A stretch of 28,240 bases of DNA from Spirochaetota bacterium (GCA_050298055.1 JBNKTL010000058.1:1-28240), one strand, 5' to 3'. Positions 8,683 through 17,238 are shown, numbered from the stretch's first letter. Numbers and translations: made by a program. Notes: generated by a model from the sequence alone, not told the origin.

Positions 8683-9513
8683 ATGTATTACTGGCTGTTT
8701 CATGATGAAGATAAAACCACCCCGATTTTAAAGATTGAATTTGAAGATTTTAATTATTTTCATACCGGAGAAAGACTCAAACCAATAGACCTGGATCAGG
8801 TAGAAGTCTTTTTTGATATAGAGAGCTTTGACTCAGAAGAGATCAAAGGGCATTTTTTTAGAACGGAATATTTCCCTCTTGTCAGTGAACGTTTTGTCCG
8901 CTTGCTTGATGACAACAAGATTACCAATTATGAACTTTTCACCGCTAAGGTCCTGGCAAAGGACGGTTCTCAATCAAAAGATAAATATTATATTCTCAAC
9001 ATCATCGGGAACTTCAAGCTAAAATCCATGTTTGAAGATGACCCGCAGTGTGAATACCATCTTTTCAGGAATCCCGTCAGTTTTGAATACGTTACGATTA
9101 CGGAAGATTTCCTGAATATGCTAACAAAGGCCCGGGGTGATGAACCCTGGTATGTTTATACCTCAACAAAATTTGACTTTCAGTGGTTTAAAGAAAATCA
9201 TCTGAAGGAATTAAATGACATCCATAATGATTTAAAAGAGTGTTATGAATCATCACCCCTGGGGAAGCCCTTCACCCGGGAAAAAATTAAACAGTTTCTT
9301 GAGATCTTCGAGAGATTAACTCCTTATGACGAATACCTTCCCAACAGCGGAGGAGGGCTTCCCGTGTTAAAGAAAGCCAAAGTGCAGGCCGATGAGTTTA
9401 AAAATCGTTTCCTTGATAAACCGGACGACTCTGCCTCATACTGGCTTGCCCAGGAAATTAAAATGAAGGTCTTTACTATTCATAACTACATGGAGACCAT
9501 GTGTTTAGATTAA
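8683..9513 (+). CDS. Hypothetical protein with Imm11/DUF1629-like N-terminal domain and helical C-terminal extension
   Basis: PLVSERFVRLLDDNKITNYELFTAKV...YYILNIIG...HLFR pattern resembles Imm11-type immunity proteins. Confidence 0.55.
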   Translation: MYYWLFHDEDKTTPILKIEFEDFNYFHTGERLKPIDLDQVEVFFDIESFDSEEIKGHFFRTEYFPLVSERFVRLLDDNKITNYELFTAKVLAKDGSQSKDKYYILNIIGNFKLKSMFEDDPQCEYHLFRNPVSFEYVTITEDFLNMLTKARGDEPWYVYTSTKFDFQWFKENHLKELNDIHNDLKECYESSPLGKPFTREKIKQFLEIFERLTPYDEYLPNSGGGLPVLKKAKVQADEFKNRFLDKPDDSASYWLAQEIKMKVFTIHNYMETMCLD

Positions 9514-9768
9514 ACTTTCCATTACCATTAAACTGTCTTGAGCCTTATGAAGCGACCATACCGGATTTTTCCAGCGGGTTTCATTGGGTTTTTCCCTGCC
9601 CCATCGCGCACAATTTCTTGCCGAACCAACGATATCTTCCTTGAGATCGGGATTTTTTACTCTCTCATTAATGACTGATTTTTTTTGCGAATCTAAAAGT
9701 ATCGACAAACAGATAATAATACTGTTCAATAATGAGTTCCCGGAAAAATAAATTTCAGATGATGGCGA

Positions 9769-10476
9769 TCACAACCTGTACTGAATATAGAGTACGGCCT
9801 TTGGCGAATACTTCGGCTGGTTCACGGCATTATCGGCATCACTGTAGGTGTAATCATCCCGGGGATTGTCATCCTCGTTTGACGGGTTATAAAAATTACC
9901 ATGCCCGCTGAGGGTGTCCGGGATATAATAATCAAGACCCAGATCCAGGCCAACCGTATAATTTTGTGAAAAAGGAAGTTCCATGCGAAGTCCAAGTCCC
10001 ACACCCCAGGGATTTGAATAGACATCAAAGGCTTCATTTCCCCCCTGGTAATCAAAATGAGCGGTATACTTTACATACCGCGCCCCTCCATATGCCCTAA
10101 TGATAAAATCCTTTTTTCTATATACCGGAAGGCTGATGTCGATAATGAAGAGCCAGTTTTGGCCGTATTCCTTGATGTTGTCGTTTCCCCCGGTATTATC
10201 GTTAATAAATATTCTTCGGGCAGCTGTGGCAGAACCGGGATCTTCCTGTTTGAAATAACCCACACCAAAATGGACGGCAAGGGGTATCGAAATCGATCGC
10301 CGGTAAATTGACAATTCCGCAATTCCTCCAATCCCGTTGAAATAGCCCAGTTTCCCTCCAACCATGTAATCCGTCCCCTTTGCCGGTCTCCCCAGAAGAG
10401 AATCCATGAACAGACCGGTAAAAAGAAAAACGAAGATAACAATAAACACTCTGTAATGTCTATATCTCATGTACAC
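9769..10476 (-). CDS. Putative outer-membrane beta-barrel protein
   Basis: Signal-like N-terminus, alternating Gly/aromatic strands (WGVGLGLRMELPF, VGLDLGLDYY), C-terminal strand VLYIQYRL; SD GAGGA. Confidence 0.65.
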   Translation of the reverse strand: MYMRYRHYRVFIVIFVFLFTGLFMDSLLGRPAKGTDYMVGGKLGYFNGIGGIAELSIYRRSISIPLAVHFGVGYFKQEDPGSATAARRIFINDNTGGNDNIKEYGQNWLFIIDISLPVYRKKDFIIRAYGGARYVKYTAHFDYQGGNEAFDVYSNPWGVGLGLRMELPFSQNYTVGLDLGLDYYIPDTLSGHGNFYNPSNEDDNPRDDYTYSDADNAVNQPKYSPKAVLYIQYRL

Positions 10477-10506
10477 ATCCTCATTTCAAAATTTAGCTGG
10501 CATATA

Positions 10507-10645
10507 AGTAACGACTCAGGATTTATATAAGAACAATCTTATTCGTCGTAACAACAACTGATATATCTCCGCCCTCCAAAGCGGCAGGAACATATTATTG
10601 ATATTTTAGTAAATACCTTTTTTAGCCATAAGGCCAAGTTGTCAT
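10507..10645 (+). mobile_element. MITE-like element copy B (decayed single-hairpin core)
   Basis: AGTAACGACTCAG left end, core ATATCTCCGCCCTCCAAAGCGGCAGGAACATAT, shared ATTGATATTTTA motif, right end AGCCATAAGGCCAAGTTGTC. Confidence 0.65.
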
Positions 10646-10800
10646 GATTAATACAATGCAGACACCATAATATACCCGTTTACACAAAAGAAGTGCAAAA
10701 TAACAATATGCTGATTTTTATTTAAACAATGCGAAACGCAACTCTTTTTTGCCGAAGATCCCTGAGGACATGTTTGAGCCCATTGTTCAGGGGGCAACGA

Positions 10801-12195
10801 CTACCCGTACGGGACAGTTAATGTTACACTGAAGCCTTTCCCTTCATTAAGAGTCATACTGCCTTTCAACTGCTTCACGAGATTGGTTATAAGGGTAAAT
10901 CCCAGGGATGGGAGTTTATCGAGATTAAAATTACCAGGGAGCCCCTTCCCGCTGTCCGAATATTCTATTGTCATCCTGCTTTCTTCATTTTTAATGCTGA
11001 TTTTCATCTCACCTGTCTCCCGGTCCGGGAAAGCATGTTTGAAAGAATTCAGAATGAGTTCATTTAATATCAACCCGAATGGTATTGCGCTGTTTATATC
11101 CAGCATCAAAGATTTATCAATATCTGTCTTCAGGGAAATTTTTTCACTGCTGATACTGAACATCCCGAAAAGCTGGGCTGAGAGTGAAGTGACATATTCA
11201 TTGATATTTATTTTTGACAGATTTTCCGATAGATAGAGGCTTTCATGGACAAGGGCCATTGAGTATATCCGGTTTATGCTTTCGTCCATTTTTTCCCTGG
11301 CATATTCATCTTCAATTGTGAGCTTCTGAAGATTGAGCAGGCTTGAGATAATCTGCATGTTGTTCTTTACTCTGTGATGGATCTCCTTCAGGAGCAGTTC
11401 CTTTTCATGGAGTGAGTCTATTATCTGTCTTTCGGCATTTTTCAGTTCCGTGATATCACGCGCAATCACTCCCAGCCCGTCTGAAATCCTGAAGGCCTTT
11501 ATATCGAGGTGTCTTTCACCCGTTTCCGGGAGATCAAGAACAATATCTTTTTGCATGGGAATCCCCTCTCCCAGAACATCAAGCAGGGGATTGTATATCT
11601 CGACATTATTAAAGTCCGGGAACAGTTCAAGAAGGTCCCGTCCAATGACCTCATCTCTCTCCCGGCCAATGAGTTCAAGACAGCTTCTGTTCACCTCAAT
11701 GAAAGTGAGATCGAAACTGAGAAGAATAAATGAATCTGTTGCGGAATTCATGAAGTTGTTGATAAGTTCACGGCTCTTTCTCAGGGCATTTTCACCTTCA
11801 CGTTCCTTTTTACGTATGACTGCTTCTGAGAGTTCTCTTGTCACTGCCGGGAGAAGACGGGCCATGTTGTCCTTTCTAATGAAGTCCTGGGCACCGTTCT
11901 TGAGCAGCTCCACCGCATTCTGGTCACTTATCTCACCTGATATGATAATAAAAGGTATATCAATTGACTTGCTCTTAAAGAGCTCCAGCGATTCAGGACC
12001 GCTGAAAAGAGGCATCTTATAGTCGGAAATCACAACATCCCACACCTCATTATCAAGGGCCTTTTCCATCTCCCGGGAACTTTCCACTCTTTTCCACCGG
12101 ATATCATAACCGCCCTTTTCCAATTCATAAAGAAGAAGCAATGCATCTTCTTCTGAATCCTCAACTATTAAAATGCGTATTTTTTCTTCTGCCAT
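10801..12195 (-). CDS. Hybrid sensor kinase: receiver + PAS + HisKA_2 + HATPase
   Basis: ILIVEDSEED / VVISDYKMP receiver, PAS (FIEVNRSCLELIG), EIHHRVKNNMQIISSLL H-box, NELILNSFKHAF, DSGKG, SLGFTLI. Confidence 0.92.
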   Translation of the reverse strand: MAEEKIRILIVEDSEEDALLLLYELEKGGYDIRWKRVESSREMEKALDNEVWDVVISDYKMPLFSGPESLELFKSKSIDIPFIIISGEISDQNAVELLKNGAQDFIRKDNMARLLPAVTRELSEAVIRKKEREGENALRKSRELINNFMNSATDSFILLSFDLTFIEVNRSCLELIGRERDEVIGRDLLELFPDFNNVEIYNPLLDVLGEGIPMQKDIVLDLPETGERHLDIKAFRISDGLGVIARDITELKNAERQIIDSLHEKELLLKEIHHRVKNNMQIISSLLNLQKLTIEDEYAREKMDESINRIYSMALVHESLYLSENLSKININEYVTSLSAQLFGMFSISSEKISLKTDIDKSLMLDINSAIPFGLILNELILNSFKHAFPDRETGEMKISIKNEESRMTIEYSDSGKGLPGNFNLDKLPSLGFTLITNLVKQLKGSMTLNEGKGFSVTLTVPYG

Positions 12196-12247
12196 TATAT
12201 ATATAAATATTCATATATATATACAGATGTCAATTCATAAAATAAAT

Positions 12248-12435
12248 AGTAACGACTCAGTTGTTTTTATAATAGCTTATACTACTACTCAGCTATACAT
12301 AAGAAGATATGTTAATGAATAAAAGATAACCGATGTGTCTCCGCCGCCGAATGCGGCGGGGACACATGGCTGTTATTTTATAAAATATGTATATTATTAC
12401 CCATGCAGCTGATTAGTTACCAGCTGATGAGTTAT
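12248..12435 (+). mobile_element. MITE-like element copy C (single-hairpin core; duplicated ends)
   Basis: Left ends at 12248 (AGTAACGACTCAG) and 12281 (ACTACTACTCAGCTA). Hairpin ATGTGTCTCCGCCGC-CGAAT-GCGGCGGGGACACAT (12333-12367). Right ends CAGCTGATTAGTTAC (to 12420) and CAGCTGATGAGTTAT (to 12435). Confidence 0.75.
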
Positions 12436-12446
12436 AAAGCAGTTTT

Positions 12447-13046
12447 CTAAAGGACAACACCCTTTTTAAGCCTCAGTGAATAGACCGATTTATATTTTTC
12501 GGGATTGAAAAAGAATGCATCCAGTTCCTCCCGTACGTCTTTTCCAATAAAGGACATGAGCGGCTGTTCTCTATCAAACAGTTTCGCAAGTGAAACCTTT
12601 ATCTTTTCATCCCACTCTCTGTAATATTTTTCAAAATCATCAGGATAAATGACCTTTCGGCATCCCGGTTCACCGCAGACGAGGGATATTTCCCTGTCAA
12701 TATTAAAAATCCCGTACTCATCGGTAATCTGTTCCCCTTTTTTGATGTCACGGATGGCAATTTCAAAACCGTATCCCGTGCTGATCGTGTTACAATTACA
12801 GCAGTGGTTTACATATTTAGCAAAATCCCAGCTGATAATACGGTTTCCCAGCTCATCAATATATGAGTATCTGTCTATTACCGCCCGCATCATTTCCGAA
12901 TGAAGGAGGTAATCGGTTGGCGATATAACCTGTTCAAGGCTGTCTTTTACATAAACGATAGTACCTTCAGGGATATCTCTCGTTGCAAAGACTCCATACC
13001 CTATGTTTTTATTTATGAATTTTAGTTTTGTATGGGGATGGATCAT
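12447..13046 (-). CDS. SET-domain protein lysine methyltransferase with post-SET cysteines
   Basis: GYGVFATRDIPEG, KYVNHCCNCN, AIRDIKKGEQITDEY, CGEPGCR. Confidence 0.92.
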   Translation of the reverse strand: MIHPHTKLKFINKNIGYGVFATRDIPEGTIVYVKDSLEQVISPTDYLLHSEMMRAVIDRYSYIDELGNRIISWDFAKYVNHCCNCNTISTGYGFEIAIRDIKKGEQITDEYGIFNIDREISLVCGEPGCRKVIYPDDFEKYYREWDEKIKVSLAKLFDREQPLMSFIGKDVREELDAFFFNPEKYKSVYSLRLKKGVVL

Positions 13047-13064
13047 CTTAATTAATGATATTTA

Positions 13065-13204
13065 TTAACTACCCAGCTATATGGCTGAAAATAACCTAAT
13101 TGCTGAAAATAATAACAATATGTCCCCGCCGCCGAAGACGGAGGGAACATACCAGTTATGTTTTTATTAAATATGATTATTCATATACATAGTTGATTAG
13201 TTAT
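13065..13204 (-). mobile_element. MITE-like element copy D
   Basis: TAACTACCCAGCTATATGGCT end, core TATGTCCCCGCCGCCGAAGACGGAGGGAACATA, TACATAGTTGATTAGTTAT end. Confidence 0.75.
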
Positions 13205-13231
13205 AAAAATAAATAAAATCCATTCTTAAGG

Positions 13232-14413
13232 TTATTTTTTGTCCTTCTTCTCGGCAAACAGGAGGTTTGACCTGTTTTTCCCGAGGAGACTTCCATACCC
13301 GAAATTGAAAGGGAGGGGATTTTTCACCTTCCTGTATTCCGCAATAAGATCGTTCTGCCTGTATACTTTTGTATCGGATATGGGGTACCGGGGAATGTAG
13401 ACCCCGAAGTGTTTCATGTTCCAGATGGACTTGTTAAAAAACCTGTAAGGAATCCCCGAGTCATCCTGGATGATCATTTTACTTTTCGCAATGATAAAGT
13501 CCGTTACTTCCCTGAACTGGTTCATATGGAAAATATAACATCCGGCCTTTATGACCGTATTGACATTTTGGAGTTTATTGAAAAATTTCCCCGAAGGAGT
13601 GTCGGGATTTACTGTTGTCTTATCCAGTTTCATCTGGAAATAGTAAAGTGTTTTAAGCGAAGGATTTCCCTGTACAGCAAACCGGATCCTGGAACCACGT
13701 ATTCTTCCCGGTATAATATTCTCCTTCCCTTTTTCCTGCTTTTTAATACTGCCGTCCGTATCAATATAGATACTTTCAACACTTACCGGTTTAAGACCCA
13801 GCCGCGCCATGAATATGAGGATTAGTGGCGTGGTACCTTTAATAGTATATCTTTTCAGTTCACGTATCATCACCTTTGTCTGGAAGTAGTTGTTTTTACC
13901 GTAAAGGTAGACTGCCCGCTGTACTGAAAGAAGTCCGTTTGCAATCCTGTTCCTCTTCATCCCGGGGATAGAGGGAATGATACCCGGCTCTTCAAGTGCG
14001 GCCATGATGTAAAGGCGAGAATGCGGGAAGAGAAGATACGAATTAATAAAGTCCGCCCCGCTTAAAGGATAAAAAACCGGTCTGTTATTGTTTTTCTGAT
14101 TTAACTGTTTCTTTTGCCACGGCACCATCTTGCTGACCGTTTCACGATCAACAATATCCCAGAACCTGTCCATCCTTTTAACATGCAATTTATATGCCCT
14201 GTCAGATGTCAGGGGATAAAAAGGACTATCGGAAGAAACCGGCATTCCGGCAAGATACCTCGAAAGGTCTACCCAGTATGACGACCGGTTTTCAGGACCT
14301 GCCTGAGCTGACCGGGATTGGGTCGTTATTATAACGAGAAAAAACAGGAAGAAAAAAAACGTTAAGCTGTGCTTCACGTAAATAAATCCACCATAACTTT
14401 TTGGCTTTTCCAT
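13232..14413 (-). CDS. Conserved hypothetical exported protein (FYPLSGADF motif)
   Basis: The track start (14533) overlaps speE; ATG 14413 or the GTG 12 codons later fits better. Signal peptide ending AQA, motifs VFYPLSGADF, IIQDDSGIPY and LPFNFGYG. Confidence 0.8.
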   Translation of the reverse strand: MEKPKSYGGFIYVKHSLTFFFFLFFLVIITTQSRSAQAGPENRSSYWVDLSRYLAGMPVSSDSPFYPLTSDRAYKLHVKRMDRFWDIVDRETVSKMVPWQKKQLNQKNNNRPVFYPLSGADFINSYLLFPHSRLYIMAALEEPGIIPSIPGMKRNRIANGLLSVQRAVYLYGKNNYFQTKVMIRELKRYTIKGTTPLILIFMARLGLKPVSVESIYIDTDGSIKKQEKGKENIIPGRIRGSRIRFAVQGNPSLKTLYYFQMKLDKTTVNPDTPSGKFFNKLQNVNTVIKAGCYIFHMNQFREVTDFIIAKSKMIIQDDSGIPYRFFNKSIWNMKHFGVYIPRYPISDTKVYRQNDLIAEYRKVKNPLPFNFGYGSLLGKNRSNLLFAEKKDKK

Positions 14414-14447
14414 ATTTTTACCAAATAAATAATTTACTCCCCTGCAA

Positions 14448-15287
14448 TCAGACTGCGGCAAATTTCTGCGCGAAAACCGGAAGGGTAAATGCACCCCTGT
14501 GCATGTCATATGAGTAGTACCTGCACCCTTCAAGTTTCTCTGCCCTCTCCCGCTGAAGATGTGTAAAGGGGTCTGTCTTCATTGATGAAAATGCAAAACC
14601 GATCATTCCGCTGGGGTACGTGGGGACCATGGTGTAGTAGTAATGGACACTGTCAAAGATCTCCCTCCTCTCCCGGATTATCTTTTCTATGATATTTTCA
14701 TGGTAGAATATTGATTCTGCCTGCGATGAGACGATGCCATATTCCGTGAGGCTCTCTTTTACCAGTCTGTAGAACTCCTGTGTAAAGAGGGCCTCACCGG
14801 GTCCAATGGGATCTGTGGAATCAATAATGATGACATCATATGTTTCCCTGTTTTTCCTGAGAAATTCGTATCCGTCTTCAAAAAAAATCGTTACACGGGG
14901 ATCATCCAGTTTTGATGCCATTGAGGGAAGGTACTCCCTGGAGATCTCTACCACCCTTCGGTCTATCTCGCAGAGGTGTATTTCATCGAGATCATACCGG
15001 GCAAGTTCCCTCACTGAACCTCCGTCCCCGCCCCCGATAACAAGCGCCTTTTGAGGAGCGGGATGTGCCTGAAGGGGGACATGAACAATCATCTCGTGGT
15101 AGGAGAACTCGTCCTTCTCAGTACACATGATGATCCCGTCCAGGAGGAGGAGTCTCCCGAACATCTCCGTATCGAATATGTCAATTTTCTGGAAGCCCGA
15201 GTACTCCGAGTGGAGGTGTTCCTTCACCTTGATTGTCAGGCCGCTCCCGTTTTCCAATTCGAGCTTTTCGGTAAGCCAGAGTTCCAT
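14448..15287 (-). CDS. speE: Polyamine aminopropyltransferase (spermidine synthase)
   Basis: LLLDGIIMCTEKDEFSYHEMIVH, LVIGGGDGG, LCEIDRRVVE, DVIIIDSTDPIGPG, VPTYPSG. Confidence 0.96.
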   Translation of the reverse strand: MELWLTEKLELENGSGLTIKVKEHLHSEYSGFQKIDIFDTEMFGRLLLLDGIIMCTEKDEFSYHEMIVHVPLQAHPAPQKALVIGGGDGGSVRELARYDLDEIHLCEIDRRVVEISREYLPSMASKLDDPRVTIFFEDGYEFLRKNRETYDVIIIDSTDPIGPGEALFTQEFYRLVKESLTEYGIVSSQAESIFYHENIIEKIIRERREIFDSVHYYYTMVPTYPSGMIGFAFSSMKTDPFTHLQRERAEKLEGCRYYSYDMHRGAFTLPVFAQKFAAV

Positions 15288-15300
15288 TTTCCGCCCCCCG

Positions 15301-15702
15301 CTATTTTCTCAGGATAACATTCCTGTTGAAATGTTCCCCCCGGAAGAACTCTTTTGTGAACAGGGCCGCCCTGTCCGGATCGTAGTACTTACAGCTGAAA
15401 ATATCAAGATAGACAGAATTAGTGAGGTTGGCGAAGTGCGCCGATATCAGCGACGTCTCAATGAGCTGGGTCATTGAGTAGCCGGCAACTTTCTCATCCT
15501 CTCCGAAATGCACCACTACGGTCTCCCCGAACCTCTTCATCTCGATGAGGTCACAGAGTTCATGTACGAATTTCTTTATGGCTTCCGCGTCCCTGATAGT
15601 ATCAGGATTACAGTTGTGAAGGTCAATGCATGTTAAGATCCCCCATGCCCTCTCAGCATGGAATCTCTGTTCCCAGTCGTTATCAGCAATCTTTACATTC
15701 AT
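15301..15702 (-). CDS. Divergent pyruvoyl-dependent decarboxylase proenzyme (AdoMetDC/SpeD fold; substrate uncertain)
   Basis: IDLHNCNP, GYSMTQLIETSLISAH (cleavage Ser kept but ESH replaced by TSL), YLDIFSCK. Confidence 0.85.
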   Translation of the reverse strand: MNVKIADNDWEQRFHAERAWGILTCIDLHNCNPDTIRDAEAIKKFVHELCDLIEMKRFGETVVVHFGEDEKVAGYSMTQLIETSLISAHFANLTNSVYLDIFSCKYYDPDRAALFTKEFFRGEHFNRNVILRK

Positions 15703-15704
15703 CG

Positions 15705-16094
15705 TTAAGCACCTGCCTTGTGTTTAATTTCACCACGGTTGTGGAGTATACCTCTCCTCATTTCAACCACACTGTAGTATTCAGAGGAGATCTGCTCCTG
15801 GATATAAACAAGAGCTTTACTGTTATCAATAAGGTCTCCGCAGGTGAAAATATCGACAGCTGCATAACCGTATTCAGGCCATGTGTGAATGGATAGATGT
15901 GATTCCGCCACAATGACAACACCCGTTATTCCGTACGGTGAGAAGGAATGGAAGGTGCTGTTTATTACCGTAGCGCCCGCAGTAACTGCGGCCACCTCCA
16001 TTACCTCTTTCAAAAGGTTTTCATCATTCAGATTTTCAGGGGAGCAGTTGTAGAACTCCACAAGCATCTGTTTACCAAGTGAATTTGCCATCAT
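15705..16094 (-). CDS. speD: S-adenosylmethionine decarboxylase proenzyme (class 1B, SpeH-type)
   Basis: FHSFSPYGITGVVIVAESHLSIHTWPEYGYAAVDIFTCG canonical signature. Confidence 0.95.
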   Translation of the reverse strand: MMANSLGKQMLVEFYNCSPENLNDENLLKEVMEVAAVTAGATVINSTFHSFSPYGITGVVIVAESHLSIHTWPEYGYAAVDIFTCGDLIDNSKALVYIQEQISSEYYSVVEMRRGILHNRGEIKHKAGA

Positions 16095-16236
16095 GGACCC
16101 ACCAGCAATTAATATGTTTTTTTAATGTGATGTCACAAACAACCTCCACCCATTATTTGCAACTTTTTTTCAAATATTTATTTAAAAAAATATTGATTTT
16201 TTTCCCGATTTTTCTTGCCATAATTTCAATAAAAAA

Positions 16237-16359
16237 AGTAACTACTCAGCTGTAATAAAAAAGAAAACATACTTGGTATGTCCCCGCCGCCCGGTGCGGC
16301 GGGGACATTGTTGATATTTTAGTTAACAGGTTTATTCGGGCCACAAAGCCGAGTAAGAA
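16237..16359 (+). mobile_element. MITE-like element copy E
   Basis: AGTAACTACTCAGCTG left end, hairpin ATGTCCCCGCCGC-CCGGT-GCGGCGGGGACAT, TGTTGATATTTTA motif, decayed right end GCCACAAAGCCGAGTAAG. Confidence 0.75.
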
Positions 16360-16399
16360 AAAAATACTTTAAAAAATTTTTTAAAGAAGGATTTGCAAG

Positions 16400-16840
16400 A
16401 TGCTGATAATACCCTGTTATATTGACACATCGTCCATTCACGGGCTGGGGCTCTTTGCAGGTGAAGATATACCCGAAGGAACGGTCGTCTGGAAATATCA
16501 TGACGAATTTGATATCAGGTTTTCCCGGGATGAATTCATCAGTGTATGTTCCGGATTGAACCATTCTGCTCTTTTGAATGTTCTCACATATGCCTACAAA
16601 AGAGGTAATGACTTCACCTATGTGACCGATAACGCACGCTTCATTAACCACTCTGAAAATGACTACAACCTGGTTTTCAGGGATAACTCTACGGAGGTTT
16701 CAGCAAGAGATATAAAAAGAGGGGAAGAACTTCTGGAGAACTACAGGCTTAATTATGACAGTGATGATTACTTCTTCTACGAAAAATTGACGGGATCACC
16801 GGATGAATATATAAAAATAATTGGCCATCAAAAATCCTGA
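16400..16840 (+). CDS. SET-domain protein (no post-SET)
   Basis: SIHGLGLFAGEDIPEG, DNARFINHS, ARDIKRGEELLENY. Confidence 0.92.
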   Translation: MLIIPCYIDTSSIHGLGLFAGEDIPEGTVVWKYHDEFDIRFSRDEFISVCSGLNHSALLNVLTYAYKRGNDFTYVTDNARFINHSENDYNLVFRDNSTEVSARDIKRGEELLENYRLNYDSDDYFFYEKLTGSPDEYIKIIGHQKS

Positions 16841-16962
16841 ACGGTTCCGAAAAATCCCCTGTTTTTTTATCAAAAGGAGAAAAAATGATTGCTTAAATCT
16901 CTGCCATAATCTAATGACTCTCAGGCTCATTATGAGCATATTTTAACCCTGGAGGGTGACGT

Positions 16963-17202
16963 ATGAAAAAGCTATTCGCTTTTTGGGGTATCCTGACAGC
17001 ATCAGTGATACTGGGTTTTGTTTTACTGTCCCACAGTATTAAAGCGCAGGAAGCTTCCTGCGGTGACCAGTGTAAGACTGAATATTCAGATTGTTTAAAG
17101 CAGGCAAACGAGTATTCAGATGACGAAAAGCAGAGTCAAATCGATCAGTGCAAAGCTGATTTCGAGTCATGCAACAGTAACTGTACAGGTAACGACGAAT
17201 AA
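16963..17202 (+). CDS. Small secreted six-cysteine protein
   Basis: SD GGAGG, signal peptide ending IKA, acidic mature part with C-x3-C-x6-C-x18-C-x6-C-x3-C. Confidence 0.8.
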   Translation: MKKLFAFWGILTASVILGFVLLSHSIKAQEASCGDQCKTEYSDCLKQANEYSDDEKQSQIDQCKADFESCNSNCTGNDE

Positions 17203-17238
17203 ACGGAAGAACAACAGACAAAGCTTTTGACGATCAGC

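Noticed and set aside
9505..9729. 74-aa minus-strand ORF, possibly a frameshifted gene fragment at an A8 run
   Set aside because: No recognisable family, start signal or SD, so no call can be supported.
7941..10476. Intact integrative element at tRNA-Val
   Set aside because: No integrase and no duplicated tRNA 3' end were found by eye; only relic fragments remain.
12196..12233. TA-rich tract with TTGACA upstream of the kinase; possible leaderless promoter
   Set aside because: The -10 cannot be placed reliably in a TA repeat.
14414..14533. N-terminal 40 aa of the 433-aa track ORF
   Set aside because: It overlaps speE by 86 nt; the signal peptide position supports a start at or after 14413.
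16126..16137. CRP site TGTGA...TCACA
   Set aside because: Spacer is 2 nt rather than 6; kept only as a generic palindrome.
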